The position numbers were made by a program, and so were the translations under genes. A stretch of 64,000 nucleotides of DNA from Candidatus Krumholzibacteriia bacterium (GTDB lineage: Bacteria > Krumholzibacteriota > Krumholzibacteriia > Krumholzibacteriales > Krumholzibacteriaceae): positions 1,824,001 to 1,888,000 of the forward strand of contig CAWIIQ010000001.1 of assembly GCA_963836185.1 (NCBI GenBank). The letters are read 5' to 3'. The notes below the pieces were generated by a model. That model was given only the letters and a program-made list of their open reading frames with translations, was not told the DNA's origin and ran no database searches. Of the stretch, positions 53,675-63,190 are shown one piece after another (position 1 is the stretch's first letter; the number at the start of each line of letters is the position of its first letter).

Positions 53675-54137
53675 GGGAAAAGTCAGATCATTCGCCTCTG
53701 TCGACGAGATCCTCGAGTTCGCGGTCGCCATGGAAGACGCATCGTGGAAATTCTATACCGACTGGGCGGAAAAAGCCGACAACGAAGCGATATCGACTGT
53801 CTTCAGGGAATTCGCCGGCGAAGAGCTGAAGCACAGGAAACTGATAGAAGATGTACGTGCAGGAGAAAAGGAACTGAAGGCGCGCCACGGCGTCGCCGAT
53901 CTGAAGCTGGCCGATCATTACGTGAAACCGGAGCCGTCTTCCGCTATGTCGTACCAGGATGCGCTGCTCGTCGCCATAGACCGTGAAGTAGCAGCCGTCG
54001 AGCTTTACGCACATCTCACAACGGTCTGTGTCGAAGAGTCACTCTGCACGGTATTTGACGCTCTCGCCGACGAGGAAAAGAAGCACAAGCTGAAGCTCGA
54101 GACGATTTACGACGACAACTTCATGAGAGAAGACTAG
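53664..54137 (+). CDS. Ferritin-like/rubrerythrin-family diiron protein
   Basis: E...FY...EELKH and E...LY...EEKKH paired motifs; no rubredoxin domain. Confidence 0.85.
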   Translation: MDDKGKVRSFASVDEILEFAVAMEDASWKFYTDWAEKADNEAISTVFREFAGEELKHRKLIEDVRAGEKELKARHGVADLKLADHYVKPEPSSAMSYQDALLVAIDREVAAVELYAHLTTVCVEESLCTVFDALADEEKKHKLKLETIYDDNFMRED

Positions 54138-54143
54138 ACCCCT

Positions 54144-54948
54144 TCACAGTGCTGTCGCGAGCCTAACCTTCATCCAGGCCTCGATCTCTTCCTCCATAGT
54201 TTCACGCATACCGCCGCCGGGCCTGCCCCCACTCATTCCACCCATGCCTCCCATTCGGCCGCCGCCAGGAGGCCTCTGGCCCTGCATCTGCTCGCGCATC
54301 TCGTCCACGTCGATCTTTCCCATCTCGAGTCCGAGTCCGGCCAGGCCGCCTTCAGCCATGCCATCGGGGAAAGGAAGCCCCTCTCCTCCCGTCAGGGGGA
54401 CCTTCAGCTCGTAGACGAGTATCCTGTCGTCGAGATCGAGCACAGCTTCGATGCCCAGTTCTTTTCCGTCCTCGACGAACATCCAGCTTCCATCATGGTC
54501 TTTCGTTCTGCCGACGATCATCTCGCTTCTCGATCTTACAAGCAGTTCCTCTATGGCCTTCGCCCTGTCTGCGGCAGCTGTCTCGCGCAATTCGTTCGCA
54601 GCTCCTCCGGGGCTCTTCGTCATCGGAAAGTCGATTCCGTACGTCCTTTTATCGCCGCCCTTCGCGTCGAACCATACGGTCAGCCCGCGGACGAGGATCT
54701 GCTGCTGCGTCCTTGCGTTCCAGGTAGTCAGGCACATATAGAGGTAATCCCCATCGTTGAATACCGCGAACCTGACACCCTTGTCATCGTCACTGTACTG
54801 TTCGGTGCCGCGCCACTCGGAAGCGTCGCCGTCTATTGTGATCTCCCGGTCGCGCCATCGGCTTTCGAATTTCCTCCCCACCACATCCTGGCAGGAAAAA
54901 AGAAACGGCAAACAGGATGGCGGCCGGGACAAAGGTCGTTCGAGACAT
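54144..54948 (-). CDS. Hypothetical lipoprotein; frameshift near 54875
   Basis: ATG at 54948 after GAGGAGG gives MSRTTF...FLPGC. The next frame has ITIDGDASEW...YELKVPL and a Gly/Met-rich stretch. Confidence 0.65.
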
Positions 54949-55053
54949 GAAGGTATCCTCCTCAAGCAGTACGGGGTACAGGTGTGGCTCATGGTAATAC
55001 TGTCGGCGGTGATCCCGCAACGGTTACAAAAGAGGATGGCGTGTTCGAGAACG

Positions 55054-56794
55054 TCAGTTTACGCCGGGATTCGGCTTTCCCATGCCTTCCCTTACGACGA
55101 TGCTGCTCTCGGCCGGATCCGCTTCCTTGATCCCTCCATAAGGATTGAGGGCAGCCCGGCCCTCTGTGACCGTCAGAGAACGGCCCGAAGTGAGAACGAT
55201 GGGGATATCTTCCGCATGACGGCCCGGCGCGGGGTAAATAAGGGCCGCCGATGCCTGGTCGTCAGGTTCGAAACAGACATCGAAGAGATCATCATCCTGC
55301 CACTGGTTCTTACTGGCGACATCTTCCAGTTGATTGGCGCACTCGTACAAGACGACAGCGAAGTCATAGCATTCGCGGGCGAGGCCGCTAATTTCCATGG
55401 AGAAAGTGTCGGCTGTCGAGGTTCCGTGTATCCACTGACACTCGGTCTCACCGTACTTCATCCAGACCTCCGTGCCGTTGACAAGATAGAATATCTTGCT
55501 CATGACATCGCGCGCTCGTGCCCTCATCGACATTCGGGTCCCATACAAGCGTATAGCTCTCGTGATATCCGTCGTTGTCAGCATCTACGCCTCCCGTCCA
55601 CCATACGTCCCTTATAATGAAACCGGTCGGATCCGGAGGAGGCTCGTATTCATCGAAGCACTGGTCCGCAAGGTCAGGATCGTCCTCGTTGCTGCGCTCG
55701 GCGGCCTTGCCGTGCCCGTTGCACTCATAGAGGTCTATTATGAACTCGTACCTTCCGGGCTCGAGCCCCTGGATACTCAGGAAGTACGCGTCGTCACGGC
55801 TCTTACCCGTGATGTCATAGCATTCGGTGGAATGGTAGTAGGTCCAGCCGTACTCTCCGACGAGCCTGTAATAGACATGCCCCTGGACCGATCTCGTGAG
55901 GCCCTCGTCCACGTCCGCATCCCACGCGAGCAGGCCGCTGTCCCTGCATCCATCCCCGTCCGCATCCTTTTCATCGGCCCACCAGGCGTCGTATATCGAA
56001 TAGGTAACGAGCGACTCGAGGCAGATGTTGTCGAGGTCGCTGTCGTCTTCGTTGTCGCGTGTTGCTACAGGATCGGATCCTCCGCACTGGTAGAGTATGA
56101 TCGAGAATTCGTAATCACCGCGCGGCAGGTTATCGACTGTGACAAAATAGGTGTCGTCGGTCTGCTCTCCAGTTATCGTCCAGCATGCGGTCGTGTAGTA
56201 ATATGTCCACTCAGAGGTGCACTCCGGCCTGTAGAATACCTGCGCACTTACCTGACGCGTCGAACCGTCGAGGACGTCGGCATCCCATGTCAGCCTCCCG
56301 CTCTCGATGCATCCGTTCGAGTCAGCATCGGCCGTATCGCTCCACCACGCGTCCTTAATCAGAAATATGTCGCTTAGAGATACGACCGAATAGGTGACCG
56401 TGATCTTCCCGGGATCATTGTCCGCGTCATCGGACTGTATATATATCTCCCCCGTGTGAGTGCCTTTGTCGAGGGAAGAGCTGTTCACTGATATGCGCAG
56501 TGTATCTGTATCTCCACAGCTTCCCGTGAATCCGGAGTCAGGACGGCACTCGAGCCATGCGTCGCTGCTTGACGCCTTCCATCCGAGGCATGAACTGCCC
56601 GAGTTGAAGAGGAATACCTCCTCCGGGGCCGGGAGCTGGCCGTACTGGACCGCGCTGAAACTCAGGCTGCCCGGATGTAGTTCGATATGAGCATATCTCG
56701 TCTCGGGAGTCACACTGCAGCATTCGTTGTCACAGCCGTTGATGAACGCCGCAAAGACGCAGGCGCAGATAAGTATGATCAGTCTTCTGTACAT
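55054..56794 (-). CDS. Lipoprotein with a BACON-like domain and three ~120-aa repeats (choice-of-anchor H-like); frameshift near 55520
   Basis: Lipobox INGC, W..SSSDAWL...P.SG, and three copies of IxDxWW...DADxxG...LxWDxxV. Confidence 0.7.
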
Positions 56795-56854
56795 CGGAAC
56801 ACCCCCGAAAAACTCATTCAGAACGGATATTAACTTCCAGTATCTTACAAGGTA

Positions 56855-56883
56855 ATTTTATCAAAATATTACTACTATGTCAA
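56855..56883 (-). promoter_or_regulatory. sigma70 promoter
   Basis: TTGACA-N17-TAAAAT with an extended -10 TG. Confidence 0.7.
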
Positions 56884-56935
56884 TTACAGCATCGGGTAAC
56901 GCCCTGCTGCCGCACTTTAAAAGTGAAGCTCTCGC

Positions 56936-56965
56936 TTGCCGTAACGGATGAAGAGGCAGTATAAT
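56936..56965 (+). promoter_or_regulatory. sigma70 promoter
   Basis: TTGCCG-N18-TATAAT upstream of ATG 57005. Confidence 0.6.
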
Positions 56966-57004
56966 GCACTGGTGTATCGCTGAAAAATCAATGAAAGGAT
57001 CACG

Positions 57005-57328
57005 ATGCAGAAACAGCCACAGCAGCAGCAGATCCAGGTAGAACTGGACGAGACCGCCGCCGAAGGGATCTATTCGAACTTCGTTCTGACGGGAAACACT
57101 GCGGCGGAATTCATCCTCGATTTCGCCAGGATGCTCCCCGGCCTCAAGAAGGCCAAGGTCTTCTCGAGGATAATCATGACGCCCCAGTCGGCTAAATCAC
57201 TGCAGGCCGTCCTTTCAAGGACGATCGAACAGTATGAGAAGAACTTTGGCGAAATCAAGGTCCAGGGAGGCAAGGACCCTTCACAGATAGGATTTCAGGC
57301 TAATCAGGCTGAAGCCGAAACGAAGTAG
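57005..57328 (+). CDS. DUF3467 family protein
   Basis: AEGIYSN...EFILDF...SRIIMTPQSAK...YEKNFGEI. Confidence 0.85.
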   Translation: MQKQPQQQQIQVELDETAAEGIYSNFVLTGNTAAEFILDFARMLPGLKKAKVFSRIIMTPQSAKSLQAVLSRTIEQYEKNFGEIKVQGGKDPSQIGFQANQAEAETK

Positions 57329-57336
57329 CGGGATCA

Positions 57337-58240
57337 TCAGGAAGGTTTTGTCTTCCATCTCCGGTGCGGCCCAGAAATAATGGTCGGGGTTCTTTCTGAT
57401 CGCATTCTCAAGTTCCTTCGTAAAGGCGGCTGTGAGGCGATGTATCTCTTCCTGTGCGTCCGCGCCGGGTACGGCATGCATCGCCGGCAGGAACCACGCG
57501 TCGTGGGTCTCGTCCCCTCGCCTTATTATGCAGCAGAAGATCATCGGGCATCCTGTCTTCTGGACGAACTGAGCCGCGCCGGGGTATGTCGATGAGGGAA
57601 TACCGAAAAAATCTACGAATATCCCCGCGCTTCTCGCGTCCTGATCTGAAAGGATCGCTATGGAGCGGTTCTTTTTCAGAGAGCTGAACACACCGCGGAC
57701 CGCGATCCCCTTAGGTATCACTTCTATCCCCGTCGAACTCCGCAGCCCGTTTATGTAATCATCGACAAGGCTGTTCGTCTGTTCCCCGACGATGAAATCT
57801 ACAGGGAGGCCCTGAGCGACTCCGGAAGCGCCGAGCAGTTCCCAGCTCCCGAAATGCCCGGTCACGACGATCACTCCCTTCCCCTCAGCGAACGCCGCGT
57901 CCATGTTCTCCCTGCCGTGGATCCTTACCAGGCTGCGCAATTTCTCCGTGCTGAGCCTGCGCAGAGAGGCGAGTTCGACCATCGACTTTGTGAAATTGAC
58001 GTAGGAGCGCCTGCCAGTACGCACCCTCTCGGCATGAGTCATTCCGTCTCCGAAAGCCCTTTCCAGATTCTCCAGGGTCACACGGCGACGGACCCTGACA
58101 ACGTCGAAGGCGAAGGCGCCGACGCGGCCGCCGACCTTGATAGACCACTTGTAGGGAAGAAGCAGTGGCAGAGAGCTGAGCAACTTTACTCCCAGGAGCT
58201 CCAGCCTGTGCTTTACAGATTTCCATCCCTGCGAAGACAT
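57337..58240 (-). CDS. Lipid A/lysophospholipid acyltransferase (LpxL/HtrB family); frameshift near the 3' end
   Basis: TGHFGSWEL, LSDQD and VDFFG. Removing one base restores W-x-HRRWKT and a stop at 57337. Confidence 0.88.
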
Positions 58241-59371
58241 CTATGACCACTTCCTGGCGAGCCAGCTCAGATTTATCTCGACCGCGTTCTCCGGGCACAG
58301 CTCATGGCAGCACATGCACTGTACGCACTCATCGTGCACCACCCGGAATTTCTTCTCATCCGGCACGATCGTCTTGACCGGACAGCTCCTGAAGCACATT
58401 CCGCATCCGGTGCACTTCTCCGTGTCGATGACGAGTTTCAGCCAGACCAGGGGCGCCACCATCTTGGCGAGCGGCCCGGGTATGAGCCTCATGCCCAGAT
58501 TGGATGGAAGATCGAAATCCTCGATGACTGTTCCGGCGGCGTCACCGGCGACTTCTATCCTCTCGCGCTCGCTCACACCGAGCCCGCGTTCACCGGCCAG
58601 CCTTGTCGTATCGATCTTCCCGGGTTTGAACCCGATCACCTCCGATATCACGGCGTCCATCGCGACCGCATCATCAGAGACGGCTATCAATCCGGTCTCT
58701 TTCGGCACTCCCGAGCTTGGACCGTTCCCTTCCATCGCGAGCACGGCGTCCATGATGTTCAGCGACGGCCTTACATGGCTGTACAGTTCGACCAGCATCG
58801 CCGCGAATTCAGAAGGTTTCGGGAAGATCTTGTGCATCTCCGCTTTCCTGAATCCCGGCACGACTCCGAACATGTTCTTGACCGCCCCGGTAAGAAGGGT
58901 AAGCGAATGTGTCTTGAGTTTCGGGAGGTTGATGACAACATCCGCATCGAGAACCGGCCTTGCGATATACAGCTTGTATTTCCCGGTATCGATCTCCTGC
59001 GAGCTGGAAGCCTCGAAATTCACAAGCTCAAGCCCGGCCCTTTCGGCCATCTCCCTCATCAGGGTGTTTTCCCAAACCCTCTCGATCCCGCGGATGGCGC
59101 CTCCGGGGCTGTCACCGACAAACGGCTCCCCTCCAGCTTCCCTTACGAGAGCGGCTACAGTCTCCACGATATGAGGATGCGTCGTTATTGCCCGGGAAGG
59201 ATCCTTTGCTGACAGCAGATTCGGTTTGAGGAGCACGCGGTCGCCGCGTGATACGAATGCGGCCATCCCTCCGAATGGAGCGAGCCCCGTCGAGATGACG
59301 CTGCGCAGCGTATCGATATCGTATGCTGCGCACCGGTTGAGGGATACGATGGTTCTGCCTGCGCGTTCCAT
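58241..59371 (-). CDS. DUF362 protein with C-terminal 2x[4Fe-4S] domain
   Basis: VLLKPN, TTHP, NLPKLKTH, KNMFG, MEGNGP, CTGCGMC...CP and CVQCMCCHELCP. Confidence 0.9.
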   Translation of the reverse strand: MERAGRTIVSLNRCAAYDIDTLRSVISTGLAPFGGMAAFVSRGDRVLLKPNLLSAKDPSRAITTHPHIVETVAALVREAGGEPFVGDSPGGAIRGIERVWENTLMREMAERAGLELVNFEASSSQEIDTGKYKLYIARPVLDADVVINLPKLKTHSLTLLTGAVKNMFGVVPGFRKAEMHKIFPKPSEFAAMLVELYSHVRPSLNIMDAVLAMEGNGPSSGVPKETGLIAVSDDAVAMDAVISEVIGFKPGKIDTTRLAGERGLGVSERERIEVAGDAAGTVIEDFDLPSNLGMRLIPGPLAKMVAPLVWLKLVIDTEKCTGCGMCFRSCPVKTIVPDEKKFRVVHDECVQCMCCHELCPENAVEINLSWLARKWS

Positions 59372-59394
59372 ATGACGGGATTCCGGGAAGTACC

Positions 59395-60552
59395 CTAGAA
59401 ATTACCTGCCGCGTGGTCTTTCCACGACCCGGCCAGCGCGTATGTGCCGCCGCCGCAAGATTCGATCATCCCGCGCATCTCCAGATCGAGGAGAAGCGGC
59501 AGGATAACGGTCGAAGAAATATGGCAGATTTGCGCAAGCTCATCAATATGTTTCGGGGCGAGGTCGAGAGCCATGACGACCTTCTTCTCGTCCCCTTCCA
59601 GGGCCCCCTTTCCCGGATCCAGCCCGGCGTAGTGATGGAATCCCCTGGGTTCTTCCACTACACATCCGCAGGGCGGCAGGGCTGACAGGATATCATCGAC
59701 GTCTTCGACGAGGCAGGCGCCCTCCTTTATTAGGCGGTGCGGTCCCCGGCAGGTCTCCTGTTCAACGGGACCGGGGACGGCAAATACTTCCCTCCCCTGA
59801 TCGGCGGCCCATCTCGCTGTTATCATCGCCCCGCTCGCGAGTTTCGCCTCGACTACCACTACTCCGAACGACATCCCGCTCAGTATCCTGTTGCGCATCG
59901 GAAAGTGATGCTTCATCGGAGGCGTTCCCGGAGGAAACTCGGAGAGTACGCAGCCGTGCCTTGCGATCTCCATCGCCAGCGGCGCGTTCTCGGGAGGATA
60001 CGCTATATCGATCCCGCATCCGAGTACGGCACAGGTGGACCCTCCACCCGCGAGAGCGCCGTCATGTACCACAGTGTCGATACCTCTCGCCATCCCGCTA
60101 ACCACAAGAAATCCGCGCCTCGACAGTTCCCATGCCAGCTCGCGCGCTACGACCAGCCCGCGGCGGCTGGAACGACGAGAGCCGACGATACAGATCGCCG
60201 GCCCGGAGGTCGTCTCGATATTCCCCCTGTAAAATAGCACAGGAGGGGCCTCGGCTGTCTCGGCCAGCATATCGGGATAGCCCGGATCGGAGATGCACAG
60301 GACCCCGTGATCCTCGTCCTCAAGAAAGCGTTCTATCTGCCTCAGCATGGAGAGATCAGGTTCACCGACATCCTTGCGGATGAGCCGGGACAGTTCCCTA
60401 CGTCCTGACCTGCTGGAGATCATCGAGGCCACACGCACGGTCCCCAGCCTCGCGCACAAAGAGAGCCATGATGTGATCTTGATTCCTCTGACAGAAAGTA
60501 TCTCGAGCCAGTGGCGGGCTTCATCTGAACACTTCATCATCATCCTCCTCAT
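59395..60552 (-). CDS. dprA: DNA-processing protein DprA
   Basis: IVGSR, VSGMARGID, FPMRNRILSG, VEA..SGA..TA, VFAVPG and LIKEGA. Confidence 0.95.
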   Translation of the reverse strand: MRRMMMKCSDEARHWLEILSVRGIKITSWLSLCARLGTVRVASMISSRSGRRELSRLIRKDVGEPDLSMLRQIERFLEDEDHGVLCISDPGYPDMLAETAEAPPVLFYRGNIETTSGPAICIVGSRRSSRRGLVVARELAWELSRRGFLVVSGMARGIDTVVHDGALAGGGSTCAVLGCGIDIAYPPENAPLAMEIARHGCVLSEFPPGTPPMKHHFPMRNRILSGMSFGVVVVEAKLASGAMITARWAADQGREVFAVPGPVEQETCRGPHRLIKEGACLVEDVDDILSALPPCGCVVEEPRGFHHYAGLDPGKGALEGDEKKVVMALDLAPKHIDELAQICHISSTVILPLLLDLEMRGMIESCGGGTYALAGSWKDHAAGNF

Positions 60553-60610
60553 CAGACGCCGGGAGTCCGGGTAGCGTCTATATCCCTATATACGGATCTG
60601 CTCCCTTTTT

Positions 60611-60848
60611 GTGCCGGGATTTCTGAAATTCCCCGGGCACCTCGCGATCGATCGCGGGGTCAGGGAGAGGTATCACTGGCAGGAACGGTCGTGTGGCTTT
60701 CCTGAGCCTGAGGATCGGGGACCGCATCCTCCTGACCCCACCATGAGGTTACGGCCCCGGTCCCGGCCCTGGCAGCGGAGACCGGGCCCCTGCCCGGTTT
60801 CCGCTTCGGGGATCCCGTCGGATCCCCGGAGGGGGATCCTAGATCCCC
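60611..60848. other. GC-rich multi-hairpin intergenic region
   Basis: At least five inverted repeats, detailed under findings. Confidence 0.55.
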
Positions 60849-62519
60849 TTTGTCGCGACGTCTTCTTTCTCGAGTTCGTCGATCTTGGCGAGCATCTTCT
60901 TCCCGTTCTCGTTCTCGGGATTCATGGCGATCGACTTCTCGTAGTACTTCCGGGACTTTTCGTATTTCCCGGCCACGAGCAGCGCCTCGCCCATGCTGTC
61001 ATATGTATTCCACGATTCGGGATACATATTGATGGTCGTCTTGAAGACGAATATCGACTCGTCGACATGCTCGTTGAAGAGGAAGACGTAACCAAGCGTG
61101 TTGAATTCGGCTTCCTTGAAATAGATGTCCTTGTCGCCGCTCGCCTCGAGCGTCTTCAGTTTCTTCAGGACATCATTCGCGTAGTCCTTGCCCTTTTTCT
61201 TGAGAGCATTCGCGAAGTAGACGGCTGCGGAGCTCTCTCCGCTGTTCTCCACGATCTTCTTCCATGATATCTCGGTCTTTTCCTTCGGCGACATCTTGGA
61301 ATATTCTTCCTTCATCTTTTTCTTCTTGAGCTGCTGCTCCTTGAGCTCCTGATCCGTCATCTCCTTCTTCTGTGTCTGCTTTTCCTGCTCCTGTTTCAGC
61401 TGCTCTTCAGTCTTCTCCTGTTTCTCCTGGGCCTGGGTCTGTCTCCCAGATACCGGAGAGGGAAAGAGGAAGGATCAGCGTGAATACCAGTATGACGGCT
61501 ATCGTCGCCGCCCTGCGGCTCCCGGTGCTGCGGTTGATCGAAGGATTGAGGATGCACAGAAGCCTGTCCTTGAGATTAGATCCCTGAGAAATCGTAACCA
61601 CCTCCCATGCCGGCCTCGCCGCGCTGCCAAGATCGGCGGCGATATCCATCAGCAGCGACGCGTATTCCGAAGGACGCGCGCCGCTGTTGAGTACGGCATT
61701 GTCGCAGTCGCGTTCGCGCTCTATACGGAGCTGCTTTACGGCGACCCATACCAGTGGATTGAACCAGTGGATCGTCGTGGCGACATGCGCAAATAGTTCG
61801 ATCCAGCCGTCGCGTCTCATCACGTGCGCGAGCTCATGAGAGAGGACGAGCCGGACCCGTTCGTTGGACCAGGCGGCCGCGCATGAAGGAAGGATGACTA
61901 CAGGCTTGATCACTCCGGTAGTGATAGCCGTTCTGAGCCGGTCGGAAAGGAGGAGCCGGACGTCACGGTGCAGGCCCATGTTCGATGAGATCCTATCGGA
62001 CTCCTCGAGCAGATAACCTTCCGCAAAGACGGCGCTGTGTTCGACCCTCCTTATCACGATCTGCGTGAAGAGGAACCATATCGTCATAACCAGTGCTCCG
62101 AAGGCCCACACTATCAGCAGGGCCTCGGACCAGTGGATGCTTCCCAGGTCGAATCCCGATGCCGCTCCGGGCACGGAAGACGTCGTACGGCCGGGCTGGA
62201 CCGGGCCGATTGTCATCTCCTTGCCGGATTCGGTTCCGGGATTAGCGTAGGAATAGGCGCCCGAAGGCTCACCTATCCCCGGGATTATCGAAAGGTTCCA
62301 TACCGGCGAGAACGCCGCCATGACAGGCATGAGTATCAGACCCGCCAGGGCAGCGACCCATATCATCTTCCTCGCATACGCCGAAAAACCGCGCATGAGA
62401 AGGGTAGCTATTCCCGCTATTCCGCAGACTAGGCCGACCTTGAGAGAAATCCCTGCGAAGACCTCGAGGAATCCGTACCGCGGAGTGCCGGAGATCAGGT
62501 CCATGAAGAAGTTTTCCAT
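60839..62519 (-). CDS. BlaR1/MecR1-type M56 peptidase with a C-terminal TPR-like extracytoplasmic domain; frameshift near 61440
   Basis: HELAH, WFNPLVW and ERERDCD, then a TM helix. A shifted frame runs stop-free into ORF 60839-61360 (FNTLGY...YPESWNTYDSMGEA). Confidence 0.85.
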
Positions 62520-62520
62520 G

Positions 62521-62913
62521 TTACCTTCCCTCCTTCCTCGACTTCTCGATCAGTTCGATGATCGACGCGGCTTCCTCCTCGGAGAGCTTCCCCTCCGATT
62601 CCTTCAGGATCGACATGACGGCGCTCGCCTCGGCTCCCTTGTAGAAGGTGTCGAGGACATTGTACAGCGCCGCCTTTCTCGCTTTTGTCAGTGGAATTGT
62701 CGGGTAGTAGATAAACCGTCCCTTTTCCCGCTCGTGCTCCAGGAAACCCTTGTCTTCCAGAACGCCGAGCATAGTACGCACAGTTGCGTTGACCGGCTTG
62801 TCCGGAAGGGCCTCCATGACCTCCACCGCACTGACCTTCCCGAGACGGTAGACGATCTGCATGATCTGCCTTTCCCGCCTGGTAAGATCTCCTAGTTGTG
62901 GTGTCTTGCTCAT
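62521..62913 (-). CDS. BlaI/MecI/CopY-family repressor
   Basis: LTRRERQIMQIVY...TVRTMLGVLEDKG...GRFIYYP; directly upstream of the M56 gene. Confidence 0.92.
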   Translation of the reverse strand: MSKTPQLGDLTRRERQIMQIVYRLGKVSAVEVMEALPDKPVNATVRTMLGVLEDKGFLEHEREKGRFIYYPTIPLTKARKAALYNVLDTFYKGAEASAVMSILKESEGKLSEEEAASIIELIEKSRKEGR

Positions 62914-62997
62914 GAGACAGTCCGCTCCCTTCGTTTCATCGCGCGTTCCCGGTTTGGCCGTTCCGGTTCCGCATAATTGATTGTAGAACGACTCAAC

Positions 62998-63081
62998 ATG
63001 TTAAATCTTTCACATGAGTAATATTTAACACTTTTGTGATCCTGTCAAGGGCAAAAATGAAAAATGTTAAATTTTTCTCAT
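62998..63081. promoter_or_regulatory. Three 18-bp operator-like sites, with a minus-strand TTGACA at 63043-63048
   Basis: ATGTTAAATCTTTCACAT (62998), reverse GTGTTAAATATTACTCAT (63014-63031) and ATGTTAAATTTTTCTCAT (63064). Confidence 0.65.
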
Positions 63082-63190
63082 ATTGGGAATACGACCGGGC
63101 CCGCTGGAAGTTCCGGGCAAAATAAATATATGCTGCATACAACAGGCTCATGATATATTGAGGCAGTGTTTCGCGGCAAAGGAGGGGTCC

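Noticed and set aside
60611-61267. 218-aa plus-strand ORF over the hairpin region
   Set aside because: It is Pro/Arg-rich, has no motif, and is mostly antisense to the TPR domain.
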